Shown in pieces: positions 9,828 through 19,807 of a stretch of DNA of 55,707 nt. Position numbers and translations under genes: made by a program. The notes beneath the pieces are model-generated. The model was not told the DNA's origin and ran no database searches. It worked only from the letters and a program-made list of their open reading frames with translations. Within the stretch, counting starts at the first letter, position 1; each line of letters starts with the position of its first letter. Source of the DNA: Fibrobacteria bacterium (GTDB lineage Bacteria > Fibrobacterota > Chitinivibrionia > Chitinivibrionales > FEN-1185); NCBI GenBank assembly GCA_037447435.1, contig JBBIGR010000013.1, positions 47,162-102,868 on the forward strand, read 5' to 3'.

Positions 9828-10949
9828 ATGAATACCAATTCTGTTAGGCAATTGGAAACTCTGGGCCAATCCATATGGTTGGATTATATCCGACGTGATT
9901 TTATAGAAAACGGCGACCTGCGGCGTTTGATCGAAAACGACGGTATTAAGGGCTTGACTTCGAACCCGTCGATTTTCGAGAAAGCGATCGCCGAGAGCGC
10001 CGAATACGACGCGGATATCCGTACCCTGGCAAAGCAGGGATCGGATGCAAAAGCCATATATGAATCATTAAGCAGGGACGATGTCCGGGCAGCTGCGGAC
10101 GAATTTGCTCCCGTGTATAAAAACACTGCCGGCCGGGACGGTTTTGTCAGCCTTGAGGTCGATCCTCATTTGTCGCACAACACCAATGCCACAGTACAAG
10201 AGGCGCGCCGGTTATGGACGGAACTGAACAGGCCCAATGTGTTTATCAAAGTCCCGGCAACCGCCGAAGGTCTACCGGCCATAAAACAACTGATTACCGA
10301 AGGAATAAATGTTAACGTTACATTGCTTTTTGGTTTGCCCCGTTACCGGCAGGTTGCGGAAGCGTATTTGCAAGGGTTGGAGGCAAGGTTAGCGCTTGGG
10401 AAGGAACTTTCCTCTGTTGCGTCGGTCGCAAGTTTTTTTTTGAGCCGCATCGATACCTTGGTGGACCCTTTGCTGGAAAAAATCGTTTCGCAGGGGGACA
10501 ATGAGGCCGATCTTGCAAGGCAGCTGCTCGGGCAGGTTGCGATTGCAAGCGCGCAAACCGCCTATCAGGAATACAAGAAAATATTTACAAACGATAGGTT
10601 TCTTAAGCTTGAAGAAAATGGTGCCCGGTCTCAGCGGGTCCTATGGGCCAGCACCGGCACAAAAAACCTTTCATATAGCGATGTCAAATACGTCGAATCG
10701 ATTATTGGACCCGATACGGTCAATACGGTGCCTCCTAAAACATTAAATGCGTTTCGAGATCATGGTGATGCGAAATTGCGTTTGGTGCACGATTTGGAGC
10801 TTTGCGGATGGGTTTTGGAAAAACTTTCGGCCCTCGGTATAGACATAAATTCGGTAACGCAGCAACTCGAAGACGAAGGCCTTGTGAAATTTATCGAACC
10901 GTTTGATAAAATGATTGCGGCTTTGTCGCGTAAAGCTGTCCCTTTGTAA
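9828..10949 (+). CDS. tal: Transaldolase
   Basis: GQSIWLD, GLTSNPSIF, VFIKVPAT, NVTLLF and WASTGTK motifs. Confidence 0.97.
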   Translation: MNTNSVRQLETLGQSIWLDYIRRDFIENGDLRRLIENDGIKGLTSNPSIFEKAIAESAEYDADIRTLAKQGSDAKAIYESLSRDDVRAAADEFAPVYKNTAGRDGFVSLEVDPHLSHNTNATVQEARRLWTELNRPNVFIKVPATAEGLPAIKQLITEGINVNVTLLFGLPRYRQVAEAYLQGLEARLALGKELSSVASVASFFLSRIDTLVDPLLEKIVSQGDNEADLARQLLGQVAIASAQTAYQEYKKIFTNDRFLKLEENGARSQRVLWASTGTKNLSYSDVKYVESIIGPDTVNTVPPKTLNAFRDHGDAKLRLVHDLELCGWVLEKLSALGIDINSVTQQLEDEGLVKFIEPFDKMIAALSRKAVPL

Positions 10950-11154
10950 AAAACTCTTTCGGACGACGGGGAATATTGCAAATAAAACCACAGATTTTTG
11001 ATTGTTTCCAAAACGTATAAAAATTGTAAAGAGGTTAAGGGGTTTAATTATGATTGAAAAGAACATAGATATAAACTGTTGTGAGCGATAAGGGGAATCC
11101 GGCGGCGTCAATAGTATGCTGATTTTCATTAACTGTTTCAAAGCGAGGTTATCC

Positions 11155-11451
11155 ATGTTTGAAATTTTAAGAAAAGCAATTCTTGCCGGGGTAGGCGTTT
11201 CCTATTTGACGAAAGACAAAATCGAAGAGGTTGGAAAAAAAATCGCCCAGGACGCAAAAGTAAGCGAAGCCGAAGCGCGGAAATTCGTAGACGAGCTTAT
11301 CGGAAAATCGGTGGAAGCGAAGGAGTCGCTTGAAAAAAACGTTTCGGAAAAGGTTCGCGCCGCACTCCACGCAATGAACGTGCCGACCCGTAAAGATATT
11401 GACGAGCTCAAAAACAAAATCGCGGAGCTTGAAACGCAACTGAAAAAGTGA
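11155..11451 (+). CDS. Phasin/PHA-granule-associated-like protein
   Basis: ILAGVG...TKDK...VPTRKDIDELK pattern; GAGG SD before ATG 11155; precedes AarF as is typical. Confidence 0.75.
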   Translation: MFEILRKAILAGVGVSYLTKDKIEEVGKKIAQDAKVSEAEARKFVDELIGKSVEAKESLEKNVSEKVRAALHAMNVPTRKDIDELKNKIAELETQLKK

Positions 11452-11467
11452 AGGAAACCCCGGTACA

Positions 11468-13147
11468 ATGAACATCGGCCAACGTGTCACTCTTCGCATA
11501 TCACGATACGGTGAAATAATTTCCGTTATTCTCAAGTACGGTTTCGGGGACGTTGTAGCCGGTTTGAACCTTCAGAAATTTATCGCGTTTACCCGATCGC
11601 CGTTCAGGTTGAAACGGATGAGGACTTTCAAGGCACCGCTTTCACGGTGGGAACGCCTTCGATTGGCTATAGAAGAACTGGGGCCGACCTTCATAAAATT
11701 CGGGCAGTTTCTCAGCAATCGGCCCGACCTTGTTCCGTCGGAACTTATTGACGAACTGATAAAGTTACAGGACGCGGTAAAACCCTTTTCTCGGGTCGAA
11801 GCGAACATTATTCTGGAGCACTCGCTTAAAATTCCCATAAGCGACGTATTTGTTGATTTTCCGGAGGAGCCCATTGCCTCGGCCTCGGTTGCACAAGTAT
11901 ATCGGGCCCGGCTTAAAAACGGCGACGATGTGGCGGTCAAAGTGCAACGGCCGAATATCAGGCAAATCGTTACGACCGTCCTTACTATTCTCGAACATCT
12001 TGCCGGACTCATAGAGCGGCATAATAAAAACCTCGCTGCTCTGCATATTTCGGAATTGGTGCATGAATTCGGCCGGACTCTCAACAAGGAACTTGATTTT
12101 TCACTGGAAGCGGCGACAATGGAGCGTTTCCGCGCCGATTTTAAAAATATTCCTGAATACTATGTTCCCCGCGTATATCCGGCCTATACGACAGGGGCGG
12201 TCATGGTGACCGCGTTTGTGGAGGGCATAAAGGTAAGCGATGTCGAATCGTTGACCAAAGCTAATCTGGATCCCACCGAAATCGCAAGAGTCGGTGTGAA
12301 TTTGGTTCTTAGACAGATATTTACAAACGGATTTTTTCATGCAGACCCGCATCCTGGCAATATTTTGGTACTTGCCGACGGCCGGTTCTGTTTTCTCGAT
12401 TACGGTGCAGTCGGAATCGTATCCGCTTCGCTCCGACATCATTTGGGCGTTATCCTGTACGGCGTGATTTATAAAGACCCGCAACGCATCATTCGCACGT
12501 TGTCGCAGCTTGCAACGGAGCGCATTGTCAATATAGACCGCCTTGAATATGAAGTGACCGAAATCATCGAACAGTATTCTTCGGCATCTCTAAGCGATAT
12601 AAAAATCCGCGATTTGCTTGACCGTTTCGGGCGTATCACGACCGAAAACCATCTTCGATTCGTCCCGGGATTTTATCTTCTTTTCAAGGCACTTATTACC
12701 ATCGAAGGCGTCGGCTTGCTGCTTGATCCTCATTTCAATCTGACGCATGAAGTTGAGCCGTATGCGCGCAAGCTTATGCGGGAAAATCCGCGTCTTAAAT
12801 ATTTGCCCTTTGATGCGTATTTCACCATGATCGATATTGCCTCATTGCTTAAAGACCTGCCTTTTGAGGTTAAGGACCTCATGCGTATGGTAAAGTCCGG
12901 AGAAACGCGTATACAATTCGAACATCGCGGCGTCGACGTACTCGCATTGAAATTGGACCAGATTTTCAATAGGGTGTCATTTGCCGTGGTTTTGGCTTCG
13001 CTCGTCATCGGTTCGTCGATCGTAATTCATTCCGGCATGCCTCCATTTTTTCACGGTGTGCCCATTATCGGAGTATTCGGTTTTGGTATTGCAGGTGTTT
13101 TGGCGTTATGGCTCCTTTTTTCGATGCTCAGAAATAAAAAAATATAA
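11468..13147 (+). CDS. AarF/ABC1/UbiB-family atypical kinase
   Basis: LGPTFIKFGQ, ASASVAQV, VAVKVQRP and FFHADPHPGN motifs; two C-terminal TMs. Confidence 0.95.
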   Translation: MNIGQRVTLRISRYGEIISVILKYGFGDVVAGLNLQKFIAFTRSPFRLKRMRTFKAPLSRWERLRLAIEELGPTFIKFGQFLSNRPDLVPSELIDELIKLQDAVKPFSRVEANIILEHSLKIPISDVFVDFPEEPIASASVAQVYRARLKNGDDVAVKVQRPNIRQIVTTVLTILEHLAGLIERHNKNLAALHISELVHEFGRTLNKELDFSLEAATMERFRADFKNIPEYYVPRVYPAYTTGAVMVTAFVEGIKVSDVESLTKANLDPTEIARVGVNLVLRQIFTNGFFHADPHPGNILVLADGRFCFLDYGAVGIVSASLRHHLGVILYGVIYKDPQRIIRTLSQLATERIVNIDRLEYEVTEIIEQYSSASLSDIKIRDLLDRFGRITTENHLRFVPGFYLLFKALITIEGVGLLLDPHFNLTHEVEPYARKLMRENPRLKYLPFDAYFTMIDIASLLKDLPFEVKDLMRMVKSGETRIQFEHRGVDVLALKLDQIFNRVSFAVVLASLVIGSSIVIHSGMPPFFHGVPIIGVFGFGIAGVLALWLLFSMLRNKKI

Positions 13148-13170
13148 CGTACTTTCGAGAATGGAACCAC

Positions 13171-13920
13171 ATGCAGACATTACGCATATTGACGGTTAAT
13201 ATCCATAAGGGTTTCTCCTGGGGAAACCTGCGTATCATCATACATCGCCTGCGCGAGGCCATACGGTCTACCGACGCGGACATTGTCTTCTTACAGGAGG
13301 TGGTAGGTGAAAACGTCATTCATGCGGAAAAAAACAGGAATTGGCCCGAACAAACGCAATATGAATTTCTTGCCGATTCCGGATGGGACTATTTTGCCTA
13401 CGGAAAAAATGCGACATATCCTCACGGCCATCACGGCAATGCAATACTATCGAAATTTCCCATCATTCATTCCAAACAAATAGATACGTCGACTAACAGT
13501 TTCGAACAACGGGGTTTCCTGTATTGCGCATTGGATATTACCGGCATGAATACTCCTTTACATTGTCTATGTGTCCATTTAGGGCTTTTTGCCGTATCGC
13601 GGCGCAAGCAGCTTCGCATGCAGGTCGACTTCATCAACAAAAGCATTCACGCAAACGAACCGATAATCATGGCAGGGGATTTTAACGATTGGCAAGGCAG
13701 GGGCGTGGAGAAGTTCGCTTTACTGTTAGGCATGAAAGACGCCGCAGTAGAGGCCAACGGTGCAATGGCGCGAACGTTCCCCGCGCGAATTCCGTTTCTT
13801 CCCCTCGATCGAATTTACCTGCGGGGGCTGACGTCGAATAAAACAACGACGTATCGACGCGGGGCATGGAAAAAGCTTTCGGATCATGCCGCGTTGTTTA
13901 CAGAAAGCGAATTGGATTGA
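13171..13920 (+). CDS. Endonuclease/exonuclease/phosphatase family protein (YbhP-like)
   Basis: TVNIHKG, LQEV, GNAILS, HLGL, GDFNDW, LDRIY and SDH motifs. Confidence 0.9.
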   Translation: MQTLRILTVNIHKGFSWGNLRIIIHRLREAIRSTDADIVFLQEVVGENVIHAEKNRNWPEQTQYEFLADSGWDYFAYGKNATYPHGHHGNAILSKFPIIHSKQIDTSTNSFEQRGFLYCALDITGMNTPLHCLCVHLGLFAVSRRKQLRMQVDFINKSIHANEPIIMAGDFNDWQGRGVEKFALLLGMKDAAVEANGAMARTFPARIPFLPLDRIYLRGLTSNKTTTYRRGAWKKLSDHAALFTESELD

Positions 13921-13921
13921 T

Positions 13922-15292
13922 ATGCTCAAAATCAATTGGCTGCTGCTGCATATTCTGCCCATATTCGGGTTCTTTCTTGCAATGACCTTACTTGTCCATC
14001 AGAACCGCGCTCAGCGCTCTCCGGCAAGCACGGTCGCTTGGTTGTTGGCAATACTGCTTGTCCCCTATATCGGCGTGCCCGCATACATGATTTTCGGCGG
14101 CCGGAAAATCAGACAAATGACAAAAAACAAGGCCAATCTTGATGTTGACGTGAGAGATACAGCCTCACGGCACACGACGCAAGGCGTCGGCAGTATATTT
14201 CCCCTCAGGGAACACAATGAGATCATTTTGTTTTCAACAGGCGAAAAAGCATACGTTGCGCTCATGAACCTGATCTATACCGCGACGAAAAGTATCGACA
14301 TCTCCATTTATTTGTTGGGAAACGATGAAACCGGCAGCGCAATTCTTGAAGCCCTTTCCCGTAAGGCAAAACAAGGAGTCCGCGTGAGATTACTTATGGA
14401 TGCGCTCGGGTCGTTCCGCGTTTCAAGGAAAATCCTTGCCCCATTTCTGGCTGCCGGAGGCGTGTGCGCTTTTTTTATGCCGATGCTGCATTTACCGTTT
14501 CGCGGTCGCGCTAATTTGCGCAATCATCGGAAGTTGATCATTATCGATAATGCGACTGCAATGCTTGGCGGTATGAATATCGCGCGTGAATACATGGGGA
14601 GCGCAGCGGATTCGAACCGGTGGTGCGACATATCTTTTATTGTAAAGGGGACCGCGATTACCGATTTGCATCATGTTTTCCGATCGGATTGGCAATTTGC
14701 TTCAAAGCAAGAAACGGTATTTGAGAAATGCCCCGTCCGTGACCGTTCTGAAACGGGTGTTACGGTGGAGCTGGTGCCAAGCGGTCCGGATGTTACCGGA
14801 GATCCGCTGTATGAAAGCATCATTACCGTGTTATTCAAGGCGCAGCACCGCGTATGGATCATCACGCCCTATTTTATTCCCGATGAAATGATGCTCAAGG
14901 CGATTTGCATCGCGGCCCGTCGCGGCGTCGATGTCCGCATCGTGGTTCCGCTCGTTTCCAACCACAGGCTTGCCGATTTGGTCCGGAGAAGTTATTTACG
15001 CCAAATCCAGGATAGCGGTGCAGTCGTATATAACTACACCCCCGGCATGATGCACGGGAAAGTGATTTTGGTCGATACAGCTTTGGGAATAGTGGGATCG
15101 ATGAATATGGACATACGCAGTTTTTTCCTGAACTACGAAATCTCGTTGTTTATTTATGATACTACCGTGGCATCGGAGTTGGAACAGTGGGTAAATGATC
15201 TAATGCGTCAATCGTATACGGGCATAAAAAAATCCAATATCATGCTCGGGTTTATCGAAGGACTTGGCCGACTCCTTTCACCTTTGTTGTAA
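13922..15292 (+). CDS. cls: Cardiolipin synthase
   Basis: N-terminal two-TM PLDc_N region; two HKD motifs (NHRKLIIID, MHGKVILVD); GSMNMDIRS. Confidence 0.92.
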   Translation: MLKINWLLLHILPIFGFFLAMTLLVHQNRAQRSPASTVAWLLAILLVPYIGVPAYMIFGGRKIRQMTKNKANLDVDVRDTASRHTTQGVGSIFPLREHNEIILFSTGEKAYVALMNLIYTATKSIDISIYLLGNDETGSAILEALSRKAKQGVRVRLLMDALGSFRVSRKILAPFLAAGGVCAFFMPMLHLPFRGRANLRNHRKLIIIDNATAMLGGMNIAREYMGSAADSNRWCDISFIVKGTAITDLHHVFRSDWQFASKQETVFEKCPVRDRSETGVTVELVPSGPDVTGDPLYESIITVLFKAQHRVWIITPYFIPDEMMLKAICIAARRGVDVRIVVPLVSNHRLADLVRRSYLRQIQDSGAVVYNYTPGMMHGKVILVDTALGIVGSMNMDIRSFFLNYEISLFIYDTTVASELEQWVNDLMRQSYTGIKKSNIMLGFIEGLGRLLSPLL

Positions 15293-15316
15293 ATGCTTTT
15301 GGGTATGGGCGCGGAT

Positions 15317-17182
15317 ATGAATGCTTGGTATGAATATTGCGAACCTCTCCGGAATTACAATCCTTCTATCGTAATCTTTATTACGGTCTGTCTCCAGATT
15401 CTTGCGAGCCACCCCGTTCTTGCTCAGCAAGATTCCTCTCATAACGATTCGAGCGACGTGTATCGAACCATAGAAGAGTTTTCGAAAAAAAACAAATTGA
15501 CAAGTCTCATGTACGATATGGTTTTTAAGGGACGGGATTCGACCGCGGTCAAAAGAGGTCCCCGTCATTATCAGCAGGAGCGGTACGGACGGTTTCAGGG
15601 CAAAATCGTTAGAGACATTAAAATCGCCAGTTTGGATCCGTTCGGATTTTCGGTTACCGATACGGCCAAAGAGCCGAAAAACCTTTTTCTGCGGCTCGGC
15701 AACAATTTACATGTGAAGACTCAAATATTTACAATAAGCAATCTTATGCTCTTTGGCAGAAACGATCGGTTCGATTCCTTGCTCGTCAAAGAATCGGAAC
15801 GGTTGATACGCAGTCAGGAGTATGTCCGCGAGGTTTTTTTCGAATACAATATCGTTGGAAAAGCATCGGATTCGATCGACATCGTGGTCCGAGTATTGGA
15901 CAAATGGAGTTTCGTCCCATTTGCCGACATCACCAATACCCGCATAACCCTCGGCTTTGATGAGAGTGATTTTGCAGGGCTGGGCCATGAATTTGGAAAT
16001 TCATATTCCTGGTTCACTTCCAACGGGGAAAAGGCCTTTTCCACAAATTATGCGGTTCCCAATATCCGGAACACCCACATCCGAACTGCGCTCCACTATA
16101 ACATTGACGAACACGATGATTTTGAAAAGAGCCTGACATTTGAGCGGCCGTTTTTTTCACCGTTGGACCGTTGGGCGGCAGGGGTAAACCTTATGCAGCA
16201 ATTCCAAAAATATTTGATAAACGATACTGCACACGCAGGACTCGGCGCAGATTTACTCTGGAACACGCAGGATTATTGGGCCGGTATCGCAACACCTGTT
16301 TCTCCCGGAAATTCGGAAGACGACCGGACCACCAATACGGTATATGCGGCGCGGTATTTACATGTTTTGTACCTTGGAAAACCCGATGAACTACATGACT
16401 CGGTACATAAGTATTCCGATGAAGATTTTTATTTGGCAGGCGCCGGTATTTCGACCCGGAAATTCTACAGGGACCATTTCATCTTTAATTTCGGGGTCAT
16501 CGAAGACGTCCCGGTCGGAAAAGTGCTCGGGCTGATCGGAGGGTATCAAAGGCGAGATAACGCCGGACGCATATATTTGGGAGCCCGTATTTCTTTTGGA
16601 GATTACAACGATTTGGGGTATCTGAGTACCGACTTTGAATACGGTAATTTTTTTAAAGGAACGGACTTACAGCAGGGAGTTTTTTTTGCCGAGGCCAATT
16701 ATTTCAGCAATCTGATCGAAATAGGCCGTTGGCATATTCGTCTGTTTGCAAAACCGCAAATTACCTGGGGAATAAACATGTTCTCCTATGACAGCCTCAC
16801 GTTTAATAATGAAAACGGCATTCTCGGGTTTAACGGTGCAGTGGCCGGAACGAAAAAAATCGTCACGACGTTCCAGACCCAATCTTATGCGCCCTGGAAT
16901 TTTTACGGTTTCAGATTTGGCCCCTATCTTGTTTGTTCGCTCGGCATTATAGGTGACGAAACGACGGGTTTTTCCCGTAGCCCGTTGTATTCGGAATTGG
17001 GAGTTGGTACTCTGGTTCAAAATGACTATTTGATTTCAAGCGATTTTCAATTGTCGGTATCGTATTATCCGTCAATTCCCGGCAACGGATTCAATGTATT
17101 CAAAGTAAATGTTTTGAGTACCACCGATTTCGGCTTCCGGGATTTTATATTCGGTAAACCGGAAATAACCGCTTTCCGCTAA
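15317..17182 (+). CDS. BamA/TamA-like outer-membrane protein
   Basis: Signal-like N-terminus, POTRA-like ESERLIR..DKWS, beta-strand-rich C-terminus; start approximate. Confidence 0.65.
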   Translation: MNAWYEYCEPLRNYNPSIVIFITVCLQILASHPVLAQQDSSHNDSSDVYRTIEEFSKKNKLTSLMYDMVFKGRDSTAVKRGPRHYQQERYGRFQGKIVRDIKIASLDPFGFSVTDTAKEPKNLFLRLGNNLHVKTQIFTISNLMLFGRNDRFDSLLVKESERLIRSQEYVREVFFEYNIVGKASDSIDIVVRVLDKWSFVPFADITNTRITLGFDESDFAGLGHEFGNSYSWFTSNGEKAFSTNYAVPNIRNTHIRTALHYNIDEHDDFEKSLTFERPFFSPLDRWAAGVNLMQQFQKYLINDTAHAGLGADLLWNTQDYWAGIATPVSPGNSEDDRTTNTVYAARYLHVLYLGKPDELHDSVHKYSDEDFYLAGAGISTRKFYRDHFIFNFGVIEDVPVGKVLGLIGGYQRRDNAGRIYLGARISFGDYNDLGYLSTDFEYGNFFKGTDLQQGVFFAEANYFSNLIEIGRWHIRLFAKPQITWGINMFSYDSLTFNNENGILGFNGAVAGTKKIVTTFQTQSYAPWNFYGFRFGPYLVCSLGIIGDETTGFSRSPLYSELGVGTLVQNDYLISSDFQLSVSYYPSIPGNGFNVFKVNVLSTTDFGFRDFIFGKPEITAFR

Positions 17183-17441
17183 GCGCCGGAAAGACAGGAA
17201 AAAATCGAGAGGTGAAGTACGTCCAAGATAGATTGACCCCATTGCATATTCCCGCGAACCATACATATTAAGCGAATGACTATGGGTTTAAAGTCGAGAA
17301 TTCGCCAATATATGTAAAGCACCATTCCAAACGATAATCAAAAAATAAATTATAAGATTGACATTTACGCGGACAAATGGGATATTGTAAGTATAGCAAA
17401 TACTTTCGATACTATCCATCAATTTAAAAAAGGAAACCACA

Positions 17442-18545
17442 ATGCGGGTTCTCATGGCGTTTTGTGCGGCAATTGTCGCGTTTCACGGTTTGTTGTTTGC
17501 AAATTATCAAATAACCTTGAAGGTATATCCCGAAGGCGTGTACACGGTTTCCTTGAACAATTCGACGACGAAAGTGAGCACCAACGACAAGGGCGAAAAA
17601 AAGTTTGTCGTACGCGACGCAAGCATGACGACCCAACCCAAAATTATTGTCGAAAAAGACGGGCTCAGCGGCTATGTTGTGCTCGACAAGAATGTTGAAA
17701 CCATCGACGCGAAAAACCTCGATACGGTCATTGTTAAAAATGTTAATGGAGACCGCGTGTACGATATAACGTTCATCGTCGATCCGGAATTAATGAGGCA
17801 AAAACACGGCGGAATCGTCGGCGTGTTGGATACGAATCAGAATAGCGGTGCGCCTGTAGGGAATATTACCGACAATGGGGACAAACGGAATGCGAATCCC
17901 GATACGGGCAAAGTTATTATAAATAAGAAGCGGGTACTGCAATATAGCGAAATTCGGCGCAACGATCCGACCAGGACTCCGGAATATGCCCGGAAAATAG
18001 CGACTTCGGGTGCAGTATGCTACTTTGTAGGAATGGGTCTGAGTTACATAACGCCCTTTTTATCCGCATCGGTAAATGTGCACGACCAGGACGCCGCGGT
18101 AGGAACGGCGATAACGGTATTGATAATCGGCGCGGCCTCGGAGGCATTGGAAATATCCGGTTCATCGTATGCCGTGGGCGGTTCGGCGTTAGCATGGGAA
18201 CTTGGCAGAGGAAAGTGTTCCGATGTTCCCGCCGGCTTCGACGGATGGGGATATTATAAAGGCGGTTGGGTGTTTATCGCATTGGGTGGTGTTTTCGGCG
18301 CAATTTCCAGCGTTGTTCCGGCTAATGACGCGGGTACTGCGGTTTCGCTGGCGCTTATTTCGCTTGGCCTGAATATCGGCAAAGACGTTTTTTGGTCGAT
18401 ATCGAGCGCCAAAGCGCTCACGATGACACGCAAAGTCAAAAATTGCCTTCAGGAACATGAATCAACATCGTATCATATGAGACTCGAATTGCAGCCCTAT
18501 TGTGTGGTTGGCGGCATGGGGCTCAAATGCGCGTTGAAGTTTTAA
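17442..18545 (+). CDS. Hypothetical exported membrane protein
   Basis: AAGGA SD, signal peptide, beta-rich N-domain, four hydrophobic helices, terminal GLKCALKF. Confidence 0.75.
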   Translation: MRVLMAFCAAIVAFHGLLFANYQITLKVYPEGVYTVSLNNSTTKVSTNDKGEKKFVVRDASMTTQPKIIVEKDGLSGYVVLDKNVETIDAKNLDTVIVKNVNGDRVYDITFIVDPELMRQKHGGIVGVLDTNQNSGAPVGNITDNGDKRNANPDTGKVIINKKRVLQYSEIRRNDPTRTPEYARKIATSGAVCYFVGMGLSYITPFLSASVNVHDQDAAVGTAITVLIIGAASEALEISGSSYAVGGSALAWELGRGKCSDVPAGFDGWGYYKGGWVFIALGGVFGAISSVVPANDAGTAVSLALISLGLNIGKDVFWSISSAKALTMTRKVKNCLQEHESTSYHMRLELQPYCVVGGMGLKCALKF

Positions 18546-18584
18546 GCGATATGGCGCCGCGCATTCATGAGCAAAAAGCGTGCA

Positions 18585-19757
18585 TCATTTCATGCGCGTG
18601 TATTTTATCGCACTGGTAAATTGGTCGGCTGTAAACCGGATGCAATAAACTCCTTGAGCAAGCGGGGAAAGATTGATATTGTGTTGATAGAATCCGGCAC
18701 TCTGCATCGACGAACGGGTTGAATTGACTTTTCGCGATTGTGCGTCGAACAATTCTAACGACACCATGCTTGCTTTGGGCAACTGATAAATTATATGGAC
18801 GATAGCATTGGAAAAGCGGTCGCCGTGTGAAAACGATACCGAATATGTTTTAGGCGTCCGGGGTTCGTTCATAGCGTTTGAAAATACGGGCATGTCGGAC
18901 ACGACCCCGATCCCAACAGGGGGATAGGACGTATGCGCGACAATGGCCGTATCTGTTCCGTCAAGATTCGCAGACCGCACGACACCGCTCCCGTATTCGG
19001 TCCAGAACAGCCTTCGCGTACGTTTATCTAAAGTAATATATCGCGGGGAAGCGCAGTTCGCGACAATGGTTGCTTTATTCGCTCCCGTAAGCGTCGACCT
19101 GCCGATCGTGCCCGCATTTGCATCTGTCCAAAAAATGTTTCCGCTGTCCTGGTCTATAACCACGCCAAGAGGTCCGGACAGTCCGGTCACCGCAGAGGTG
19201 AACGGCGCAAGGGCTGCCGCGGAATCCTTTTCAATGACGCCGGTCGAAAAATCGGCCCAATACAAGGTCTGCGTTTTTTCGTTTATCGCGATACCGAACG
19301 GCGTATGCGTGCTCGACGAGCCGAAAAATTCGATTTGCTCTTGGGAAGATCCATCCGGATTTGAGCGAAATATTCCGGGGCCGGTGGAAAGATTCGTGCT
19401 TGTCCAATAAATTTTATTGTTCGCGGAATCGATGGCGATTCCACGCGCGCACGATTGCAATGAAACCAATATGCCGGTGTCCGACAAAGTTGGCCCCACG
19501 GCTTTGACGTGAGCGTTGATAAAAGATAGCTCCGTCCAATAAATCACATTGGTTTGCGGGCGAATCGCCAGAGCCTGGGGAAGCGATTGTGCGCCAAGCG
19601 GCAAGGTCGATTGTATCGACCCGTTTTGATCGGCTTTAATAAGCCGAGGCGACGAAAAATTATCTTCTATCCAAAAAACCATAGTTGCCTGAGAACTTAC
19701 CGCGCTCATAAGCAAGATACACAATTGTGCTGCGATTACCGATTTGACTATTCCCAT
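18585..19757 (-). CDS. YWTD (LDL-receptor class B) beta-propeller protein with C-terminal T9SS-like sorting domain
   Basis: IYWTE, IYWTS, LYWAD, IFWTD and LFWTE repeats; signal peptide; C-terminal YQLP..V.L..FD...LAQGVY; AAGGAG SD before ATG 19757. Confidence 0.85.
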   Translation of the reverse strand: MGIVKSVIAAQLCILLMSAVSSQATMVFWIEDNFSSPRLIKADQNGSIQSTLPLGAQSLPQALAIRPQTNVIYWTELSFINAHVKAVGPTLSDTGILVSLQSCARGIAIDSANNKIYWTSTNLSTGPGIFRSNPDGSSQEQIEFFGSSSTHTPFGIAINEKTQTLYWADFSTGVIEKDSAAALAPFTSAVTGLSGPLGVVIDQDSGNIFWTDANAGTIGRSTLTGANKATIVANCASPRYITLDKRTRRLFWTEYGSGVVRSANLDGTDTAIVAHTSYPPVGIGVVSDMPVFSNAMNEPRTPKTYSVSFSHGDRFSNAIVHIIYQLPKASMVSLELFDAQSRKVNSTRSSMQSAGFYQHNINLSPLAQGVYCIRFTADQFTSAIKYTRMK

Positions 19758-19807
19758 TTTCAACTCCTTTGATAATCCGAGCAGTCAAATTTTCCATCGT
19801 CTTCCCC

